This document shows positions 54,372-64,000 of a DNA stretch of 64,000 nt, piece by piece. Where the stretch lies: positions 33,604,001 to 33,668,000 of the forward strand of contig NC_043000.1 of assembly GCF_006345805.1 (NCBI RefSeq), written 5' to 3'. The notes beneath the pieces were generated by a model. The model was given only the letters and a program-made list of their open reading frames with translations. It was not told the DNA's origin and made no database searches. The translations under genes were made by a program, and so were the position numbers. Positions within the stretch are counted from its first letter, which is position 1; the number at the start of each line of letters is the position of its first letter. This DNA is from Octopus sinensis (Eukaryota).

Positions 54372-55260
54372 ATGGGACTTGGAAAGAGTCCCCTTGAGCA
54401 GCATTTTTTGTTTGATAACCTTAAATACATGCCAAAAGGAGGCGCACGTATCATCAGATGAAAGGATGAGCATCTATGAGCAGAAGACCATACATGGATA
54501 TGTTAGTAGAAAGCTCCGAGATGACAGTAACATCGATCATCAAAGCCATCTATTATGGGCCAATAACCGGATTACTACCTCTCACTTTGAAGGGTATGTG
54601 TTTGCAATCCAGAAACAGGAAATATCAAACAAATTCCCGATGCACAAATGGGACAGGAAAAGCAATAAAATGTGACGACCGATGCGAACTTTGCGGAGTT
54701 AACATCAAAGATATCACCCACATCATAAGCAGTTGTCCAAAAATATCGTCATGGTATTATCTACCGATGAGATATAAGCTGTTGTAGCTAGGACACTGTC
54801 TAACGTGATCCGTCGAAAGGATAAACCTGAGGACAAAGAAATAAGAACCCACAGTATGGTGGAAGCCATAGCAACTCATAATAAAATGGAGTACCGGAGG
54901 AATGTCCCAGGGAAAACCTTCAATAAAATGTAAAAATAATAGACCTGACATAGTAATTTGGGATTGAGAAGAAAAACTGTGTACAGTTGTGGAAATCAGT
55001 TGCCAAGCTAGTAGAAAAGAAAATACTTATGCTGAACTATTGAAGAATATACAGCTACATTATCATGATTAAAAGTTCAGATTTATACCTGTAATTATTG
55101 GGGACCTAGGATATGTATCACACTGCCTGAATACCAATCTTGAGAAATTAGGCTTCTCAAAACCAAAAAGGAGAAAGCTGATTCGAAGACTACAGATCCA
55201 ATCCATCACTGGAAATGTAAAAACCTGTAAAACTTTCCAGAAGTTTATCATTTAAATATA
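54372..55260 (+). mobile_element. R4/Dong LINE 3' part
   Basis: TSHFEGYVFAIQKQEI, CELCGVNIKDITHIISSCPK, YLPMR, RPDIVIWD, ITGNVKTCKTFQKF. Confidence 0.9.
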
Positions 55261-56237
55261 TATATGAGAATGTCTAAATATGCAACTATATGCATGAGAA
55301 TACATGCATAAAACAAAGCATAAAAATATGCACATATAAATACATACATACATACATACGTATATGCATAAATATGTATAAATAATTATGTATGATTATG
55401 TATACTATACACACATGGCCACGCACATAAGCACTTGGACTATAATATGCTGGACAATTTAATTGCTAATGGTTCACAAATATTGTTGTTTATTGAGGAG
55501 ATGCCTATCTTTATCCATTGTTTACTTCTCGGATATCATGTACCACGTGACAATATTAAATATATTGGGACATATAGCACCTACAACAACCACAAGCGCA
55601 ACACTTATAGCTTTTGATCAATAGTTGTTGAAATATTTCACCCCTATATACATCGGCGTGTCCATGGATACCGGGTTGACATTCTGAAAAGTTCTGCGAT
55701 ATTTTCCATTGTCGTATAAAGCGGATAGCACAGCACGAACCGACAGTTAAGATGGCCGGATTATCATAAAAAAAACAACAACAACAAAACATATAAATGA
55801 AATTGCGATCTGATAGGTGAGCAAGTGACCCTACTTCTGACGAAGCTGACGGAATCCTAATAGTTTGAAGTTGCGATAGACATTTATAGGTATTTAAACA
55901 CGCAACTCTCTCACATACACAAATCCTAAAACATAGCAATCCTTCTGTGCGTGTGTATGTGTGTGTGTGAGAGTGTGTGTGTGTGTGCGTGTGTGTGTAT
56001 GTGTGTGTGTGTTGTGTGTGTGTACATATCCATATATATGCAATTTGATTTGATTCTTAATCCCCCAGCTTCTAATTTAATATCTTATCGCTGTAGATCT
56101 ATTTTCTTTCACTTTCATTAATCCCTCTCGCTAATCGCTAATCACTTTACACAAATAGACTGTGTTTGATATAACTGAGAAATATTTATCCATATAATTA
56201 CAATATACACTTAATATACACACAATGTGTGCGCGTG

Positions 56238-56279
<42 letters not shown>

Positions 56280-56379
56280 TATATAAACCCACCTTCTCCC
56301 TTCTTCCTGAGCGTCCAATATACTTTATTTGTTCCACGTCCTAGCGTTGTTGTGTTTTTTTGTTTTCTTGTTTGGATTA

Positions 56380-56419
<40 letters not shown>

Positions 56420-56475
56420 TATATATATATATATGTGTGTGTGTGTTGTGTGTGTGTGTGTGTGTGTGTGTGTAC

Positions 56476-56557
<82 letters not shown>

Positions 56558-56728
56558 GTTATAAAAATAGGGTTCAGTAAAATAATTTACTTTACCACAC
56601 ACCGAACTTTTTAAAAATAGCAGCCAAAACTTTTATGTTTATATATATATATATATATAAGGATAAGATCGTTATTTAAATACCGATCTTATCAGATGGC
56701 CAGCATGGGAATAACAACCTTCAAAGGT

Positions 56729-56920
56729 AATAATTATTATTAAAATTATAATTTAGGGTATCTAAGAGATACCACCGCGCTGGAAATAGCAGCCAAAACT
56801 TGACTCTAAAGCCACTTTAAATGGTCATTTAATGTGGTTTTAGAGTTACGTTTTGGCTGCTATTTCCAACGTCTTAGTATCCCTTAGATACCCTAAATTA
56901 TAATTTTAATAATAATTATT
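56729..56920. repeat. 192-bp near-perfect palindrome (foldback or MITE-like)
   Basis: ~95-bp arms, 2-nt loop at 56824-56825. Confidence 0.88.
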
Positions 56921-57264
56921 CTGTATATATTGATAGTAGGCAAGTTGATACATAGAGACATATATAAATATGCATGTAGATGCATATATAGGTACGTAGT
57001 AGATAAATAAATAATTACTTATGTATATATATATATGTATGTACGTATGTATGTGCGTGTGTGAATGCATATACATACATAAATTGAGAGAGAGGGGAGA
57101 GAAGGAGAGAAGGAGAGATAAGGAGAGATAAGGAGATAAGGAGCGATTTGTAATCTTTATTCGTCTCAAGATTAGGAATGTTTAAGTGTTCGTTGTTATG
57201 TTGGAAAAATTCTGTATTTGAATATCAAACAGGATCACACAAGACTGCATATAGTGGCAGGTGC

Positions 57265-57307
<43 letters not shown>

Positions 57308-58380
57308 CGCACACACACACACACACACATACGCACACACACGCACGCACACACACACATGCACACACACTGTAAGAAAGATAGACACACAATGACACAC
57401 ACACACTCATATACCGAAACACATACCTGGCGAGGTATATAGACATATACTGAAGTACTTGCACACACATTAAGGCTCAAAGCATAATGAGGAGCATCCA
57501 TGTATACGAAACTCATACACACTTAGGAAGACACACACCCACACATACACATAAGAGGAACATGTATATATCCTGAAACACATGCATACACATCATGCAT
57601 ACATATTCATACACTCGTATAGAGACATTTACACATACACAGAGACACACACACACTTATTGAGAAATATAGACATACACTGAGATATATTCACACTTAT
57701 TGACGCACGTACACATGGAGACACATTCACACGCACACACACACACAAACACGCGCACACATATACGATCATTCATATAAGTACATTTAAATAACCACCA
57801 TTGTGTGTGTGTGCGCGCGCGCTTATTCCGCCCACTCCCCCCGTCCAACCAGCTTCACTTTCATTTATTTACACAATTTCCCTTTCATTTAATGCATGTT
57901 TCCCTTCTTTCAAGCCCTTATCTATCTCTTTGTTTCTGTTGCTTCACGTTCCCACCCCTCTCTCTCTCTCTCTCAAGCTCTCTTTTTCTCTCTCTTTCTT
58001 TCTGCCTCGTTCTATCCTTCTTCTTTTTCTCTCCCTCTCTCCCTCCATCCGTCCCTCCGTCCGTCCCTCACTCACTCACATTAATCCCAATTAAGATTAC
58101 TTTATAAATCGATTCCCTTCTCATTGTCTTTGGACCTCCTCGATACCAATGCACAAACACAGAAACCCCTAAGTCTCCAGTTTCTACATTGGTCTTAGAG
58201 GAACCAACCAAGCGGAAGAACCATTTCCATATATAAAGTATTATAAAAGATACCAACGAATATTGGAAGCGATTCTTCTCATTGGTTATAAACATCAATC
58301 ACAGCTAAAATATGAAAAAAAGAAAGAAATATACTCAAATAGAATTGTATAAACTAGAAAAATATAAAAATATAACATAC

Positions 58381-58427
<47 letters not shown>

Positions 58428-58465
58428 GATATATATATATCCATATATATATGCAATATCCATAT

Positions 58466-58497
<32 letters not shown>

Positions 58498-59104
58498 CCA
58501 TATATATATATATATATATATATATATCTGTATATATATATATATAATATATATATATATATGGATACACAAACACACAAACACACAACCACTCATACAC
58601 ACAAGTATACACATAAATGCATAAATAATGATGTTGTCCAAAGTATGCGCGGTTTTTACTGCGGTCGTTTTGTCGTGTGTGTTTAGCAGCAGACATCTGA
58701 TGTTTAAATGGGTTTCATATAGTTGCCGTGATGGATGAGTCCCTTCTCTCTGACTGGCTTGTTGCAGTGTCTCGATTTATGGAAGCCGTGCTGGAAAATG
58801 AAAAACGGATCCGTTTGATAAGGCTAATAGCAAATAAAAACATCAGTGGCAACAACAAAACAAAACAACAAAAACAAAAACAAGAACGACAGCAACAACA
58901 ACAGCAACAAGAGTAATAAATATATCAAGTGCAGCAGATATGAGGACGAAAATAAAACGGAAAGTGAAAGTGAAAGAAACAAAAAGCGATGTGATATCTT
59001 CATAAAAGGTATTATAATATGACATGCAATAAATAAACAACATTTATTGATTTTGATATTATTTGTAATATAAATCCAAGTAATAAATATCGATAACAAA
59101 CACT

Positions 59105-59650
59105 GACATAATTAACAACAACAACAACAACAACAACAACAAAAACTGTAACCAAAACAGATTCATAATAATGGCAAATATTGTTTGAGAGTAAGAGAGA
59201 GAAAGAGATAGGGAGAAAGAAAGAGAGAAAGAAAGACTTTTGCCATTAATGTGGTTGTTGTTTTGGTTGTTGCAGTTGTTGTTGTTGTTGTTGTTGTTCT
59301 TCTTCTTCTTCTTCTTCAGCATCATCATCACCATCATCATCATAATGATGATGATGATGATGATGATGATGATCATCATCATCATCATCACCACCACCAC
59401 CACCACCTCCTCCTCCTCCTCCCCCTCCTCCCCCTCCCCCTCCCCCTCCCCCTCCCCCTCCTCCTCCTCCTCCTCCTCCTTCTTCTTTCTGTGTTTACTG
59501 TTGTTGTTGCTGTTGTTGTTGATAGTGATTGATGTTGTTATTATTGTTATTTTCGATGTTGTCGATGTTACTGCTGTTGTTGGTGCTGTGATTGACCAGG
59601 TTACTGGTGATGTGGTTGTTGTTGTTGTTGTAGTAGTTATTGCTGTTGAT
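59105..59650. repeat. Trinucleotide mosaic (AAC/TTG/CAT/GAT/CCT)
   Basis: Directly visible. Confidence 0.9.
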
Positions 59651-59667
59651 GTTTTATTCATTTAGTC

Positions 59668-59720
59668 CACTGCTTCTCAACCGGCGCCCACATCACCCTC
59701 GGGGGTGTCCATATAAGATG
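59668..59720 (+). mobile_element. Possible hAT-type terminus
   Basis: cactgcttctcaaccgg resembles the CAGTGGTTCTCAACC hAT TIR; partner end not found. Confidence 0.3.
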
Positions 59721-60283
59721 TTATCTTAATATTTACGAGCCATAAATTGCTCCTACTTTTACAATACACCAAATATTTTAAACCCATTTTTAAATACAAT
59801 TCCTAATATAAAAAAACAAAAAAACAAAAATAAAACAAAAAAATAATAGAAATGTTTTTCTGAAGGTCCAGCGGAAGAAAATCAAAATCATAATAGGTAA
59901 AAAAACAAAAAGTTGTGATTAGAAATATTAAATTTCTAAATACCTCAGAGAGATATGAGCGGCGGTCGAACGATAAAGCGCTGGTATACTGTCAACTTAA
60001 CGTGACAGTCCCGTAAAGGGAATCACATCACCGCTATTTAGCCCTAGGAAGCATCGATGCTTCCTGTCGGCTTTGACACATTTCCTGTGTCCTTATATTT
60101 GCGAAGGGGAGACAAGTACCCCTAACAGCTAGGCCAGCACTGTGAACCACTAATTTAAATGTTAAAATTGATGATTTTATTTTGTTGTTGTTGTTGTTGG
60201 TGTCGCTGCTGTTGATATTATTGTTGATCATTATTTACTTTATTTACATTTGACGGATATTTGTCCTCATCTTGTTTGTTGTT

Positions 60284-60329
60284 AACACAACGTTTCGGCT
60301 GATATACCCTCCAGCCTTCATCAGGTGTC
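60284..60329 (-). ncRNA. Minimal type I hammerhead ribozyme, canonical core plus extra A after A9
   Basis: Reverse complement gacac-CTGATGA-a-ggctg(gagggtatat)cagcc-GAA-ACGT-T-gtgtt; 5-bp stems I and II; GUU triplet. Confidence 0.75.
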
Positions 60330-60370
60330 TTGATTCCAAAGGTATTTTTCGATGTTATTATTATTATTAC

Positions 60371-60422
<52 letters not shown>

Positions 60423-60426
<4 letters not shown>

Positions 60427-60490
60427 TCACTGCCTAGAATCGAACTCAGAATCTTGGGGTTAGTAGCTCACGCTCTTAACCACTACGCCA
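60423..60490 (-). promoter_or_regulatory. tRNA-derived head with Pol III A and B boxes
   Basis: Reverse complement TGGCGTAGTGG (A box, 60480-60490) and GTTCGATTC (B box, 60437-60445), followed by (AAT)n. Confidence 0.8.
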
Positions 60491-61204
60491 AATGTAGATA
60501 ATGTAAATAGTGTAAATAATGTACATAATTCCTCATCTTTTAAATATAGAACTGTATTATTGCTGTTGCTATGAAATACTTATTTTTTAAGCGTTATTAG
60601 CGAACAACCTGTCCCCCACTCTCCAAGACAATCTGTAGAACTGTTTCCCTTACCGTTTCTAAAGTAATTTCATCATTGTTAACTTCCTCGGTCTCTATAA
60701 ATGATGGAAAGGGCCACGGAAACTTTACTTAGTACTGTCTTTCATCGCTTAGCTTCCTCGACTGGAAATGCGCCACTGGTGACATTGAACTAAATTTACA
60801 GACAGTTCTGAGAAGAACCGAAACTGTTTCAAGTGATGCAGTCAACTTTGATGTCTTTCAAAAGACCGCCATCTTCCTTCTGCCCAAACAACCAATGAAA
60901 GAACAAAAGATCTCGGATTCTTGTGGGAAAATATTTGAGGAAGGATATCAGTGACGTATGTGAAGTTTAATTTGTCCTTAAGACAAAAGGCGAACCTAAT
61001 GAGAAAACGAAATTAGAGTCGGATCAATCAATACCGTTATGATTGATAAATCGATTCTAGTTTCAGAATAAAAGCTATTTAGTTCTGCTGGATTATGTTC
61101 CATATTTTGAAAAAAACTTGGTCTTGTGCTCAAAAGAAACTTTTAAGATTAAAAGGAAGGTGGAGTGAAGGGAGATGATACAAATAAATTGACAGACTGA
61201 TTAG

Positions 61205-61480
61205 CCGACTGGTCCTCCGTCGGTTACGACGACCAGTGTTCCAGTTAATGTGCAAGAGGCCGAGCACTGTACGGACGTATTCTTAAACAGTCTTTAAGGA
61301 GATTCAGTGTGATACAAAATGCAACAAGGCTGGCCCTTGTGAATTAAAGGTACTACTCATTTTTGTCAGCTGAATGGACTGTAGGAACGTGAAATAAAGT
61401 GTATTGCTGAAGGAGACAACACACGCCGAGAATTGAACTCACAACATTCCGACCGCGAGACAAATATCCTTAACCACTCA
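61205..61480 (-). mobile_element. tRNA-derived SINE with CORE/V-like middle
   Basis: Reverse complement agtggttaagg...gagttcaattc...gtgttgtctccttcagcaatacacttt...gtcgtcgtaaccgacggagg. Confidence 0.7.
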
Positions 61481-61596
61481 CCCACGTACCTTTACATAAT
61501 TCACATAAAAAGTAGGAACGACAGTTTTTATAATATTGTCTACTTACCTCTCAGTTTTGAACTCATATTCCACCAGATCGAATTTCTCTTCTTATA

Positions 61597-61960
61597 CAGG
61601 GTCTTGGAAAAGTCTCTCCGCAGTAAGTGTTTTATTGCAAAATGAATATTTCTAAGATGGTATAAGACTACAAAAAAATACATTAAAATTTACCAGACAT
61701 TAAAACACTTTACAAGAAGTGTTGAAAGTGTTGTCCTTCATTTTCAGTACACAAGTTGACTCTTCTACACATGTTTTGAACTACATCTTGGAGAGTCTGA
61801 CGCGGTATGGACCGTGTGAAGGTTATGATTGCGTCTTTTAGCTCATTAATGGTTTTCAGGCGATTCTCGTACACTGATCCTTTACTTGCTCCCCAGAAAA
61901 AAAAGCCAGGTGATCTTGGTGGCCAAAGCAGGACTTTACTTCTAGCTCTCGGTCCCAGGA
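61597..61960 (-). mobile_element. rosa-like Tc1/mariner 3' end
   Basis: Minus-strand WPPRSP..FFFWG...VYENRLKTINELKDAI...RRVNLCTENEGQHFQHFL*; terminal ta|cagggt TIR at 61597. Confidence 0.85.
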
Positions 61961-62235
61961 CTTACTTAGCTGATGCACAGATCGGACTCGGCCGTACCTG
62001 GGATGTTCGATCGTATCAATTACATTTGTGTTTTATTATTGGCATCTTCTAAGATGGATCACAAAAATTACTCGGAAGATCTCCGATCAAATCTATCCTG
62101 GACGCCGCTCTGTCAAGAAATTCCCTTGTTTCTATTATCTTCTTTCTCATTTACGCAATGCTCCGATAATTGTGAGAGTCCAATAATTTGAAGGACAAGG
62201 CCCGTTCAACGGCGACAACAGCAGCAGCACCAGCA

Positions 62236-62580
62236 GTGGAGGCGCAATGGCCCAGTGGTTAGGGCAGCAGATTCGCCGTCGGAGGATCGCGGTTTCGATT
62301 CCCAGATCGGGCGTTGTGTGTGTTTATTGAGCGAAAAAACCCAAAGCTCCACGATGCTCCGGCAGGGGATGGTGGCGACCCTTGTTGTACTCTTTCGCTC
62401 CAACTTTCTCTCGCTCTTTCTTCCTGTTTCTTGTCCCCGACTTCCTACGCAACCGCTGAGCCTGGATGCGCATTCATCCATCCGTCGATGCTCTCAGTGT
62501 TTCTCTTCTGCGGGTCTTACGAATAGCAAAAGACCACGTTTCGGACTTCTCCCACTGGGACGAAGACCGCTTCGCTCAAC
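62236..62580 (+). mobile_element. SINE with the S2 head and body but a different 3' tail
   Basis: Matches 13780-13967 to ...ctctttcttc, then diverges into cctacgcaaccgctgagcctgg...ttcgctcaacagc. Confidence 0.85.
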
Positions 62581-63533
62581 AGCAACAGCAACAGCAGCAA
62601 AGGCAACACCACCACCACCACCAAAACCACCACCACCACAACCACCACCACCACCACCACCGCCAACAACAACAACAACACACCAACATTGGCGTGACTA
62701 CTGTGCAGGTGTAAGGGGAGGCCATCCCATGTCTGTTGATTGTGATTGTCTTGCACAGTGGAGGGCAAGGCTCCTTGTTTGCGTTTGATGTAGCCAGGTC
62801 AGCTATGAAGACTAGTTTTGTTGATCTAGCTAAGGATTGGTCAGGTGACCTCTGATTACCTACAGCCAGGCCAAAAATATCGCTGTATTTCTCTGTTCTG
62901 TCATGAAATACAAAACTCCGAAACGTCAGTATTTTAACCCCTCTGCGAGATCGAACTTATCACCAGGGTATCTACGAACTCTAACTGTTCGATAATTCCT
63001 TATTCCTCGCAATATTAATTTCTTACTTTGGAAGAAAATAAAATTTTTTTATGGAAGGGTGACATAGTGAAGCTTTTGTTGCGAGTTATTGCCCCGGGAC
63101 AATGGAATAACAAAGTCGATTTCAGTGGGATTTGAACTTTAGAATACGTCTTTAAAGGTTTGACACTGATCTAAGGGAAATATATAATAATTGTAACGAG
63201 AACAAAAGTAACAGAGGCAGGGGTAAGAGTTTCACCCCCCCCCAACAACAACACCACTACTACCACCACCATCACCACCACCACCACCACCACCACCAAT
63301 TCCAACACCAATTCCAACACCACCACCACACCACCACCAATACCAACAACACCACCACCAACACCAACACCAACACCAACAACACTAAGAACGCAGCAAC
63401 CATTACTAATCTCTCAATTTCACCACAAACACTATCACTACTACCTGTACAATAACAGCGACAACAACAACAAGAACAATAGTAACAGCTACTACTACTA
63501 CGACTACTACTACTACTACTACCACCACTACTA

Positions 63534-63584
<51 letters not shown>

Positions 63585-63585
<1 letters not shown>

Positions 63586-64000
63586 TAAAATTTTGGCACG
63601 AGGCCAGCAAGTTCGGAGCGCGGGGTTATGTCGATTACAACTACCGCAGTGCTTGACTAGTTTTTATTTTGTCGACCCCGAAAGGATGCAAGGCAAAGTG
63701 GACCTCAGCAGAATTTAAACGCGGAACGTAAAGACGGACAATGCTTATTTCTTTACTACCCACAAGGGGACAAAGAGAGGACAAAGAAGGACAGACAAAC
63801 GGATTAAGTCGGTTATATCGACCCCAGTACGTAACTGGTACTTATTTAATCGACCCCGAAAGGATGAAAGGCAAAGTGGACCTCGGCAGAATTTGAACTC
63901 AGAACGTAGCAGCAGACAAAATACCGCAAAGCATTTCGCCCGGCGTGCTAACGGTTCTGCCGCTAAGCATTCTGTCCGGCAAGCTCACGGTTAAGAGAAG
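63585..64000 (-). mobile_element. SINE S1 nested inside an older S1-related SINE
   Basis: Two cores (gaccccgaaaggatg at ~63674 and ~63852); older head fragment at 63962-63990. Confidence 0.85.

Noticed and set aside
60423-60490. Genuine tRNA gene (also the SINE heads at 13780, 30646, 46773, 53282, 62236)
   Set aside because: A/B boxes are present but acceptor stems are incomplete and each head continues into a repeat body
62895-62935. ctccgaaacgtcagta hammerhead 3' half
   Set aside because: No matching 5' core or stem strands upstream

Overview
AT-rich, microsatellite-saturated eukaryotic DNA with no host-gene exon that I can support. The SINE families, LINE clades and (TA)n/(CA)n/(TACA)n/(TAGA)n density suggest a coleoid cephalopod (Octopus-like) genome; this is inference, not a database result. 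Most of the listed ORFs are artefacts of simple repeats. The real coding signal comes from decayed mobile elements: a Helitron RepHel (minus strand, with hairpin-CTAG 3' end and a head-to-tail junction), two rosa-like and one DD34D mariner transposase remnants, four R4/Dong (RLE) LINE pieces, Tx1/L1, RTE and CR1-group LINE ends, two Penelope-like GIY-YIG remnants, several tRNA-derived SINE families, non-autonomous Helitrons and MITE-like palindromes. The most notable signal that the ORF track does not show is a set of minimal type I hammerhead ribozyme (HHR) folds from several unrelated repeat families, all with a self-complementary stem III. They include a canonical HHR inside a 526-bp direct-repeat unit, an HHR downstream of an intact Pol III tRNA-type promoter, a family with a U3-A8 core, and a family with A6U in every copy whose core is readable. 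All folds were parsed by eye; activity is untested.
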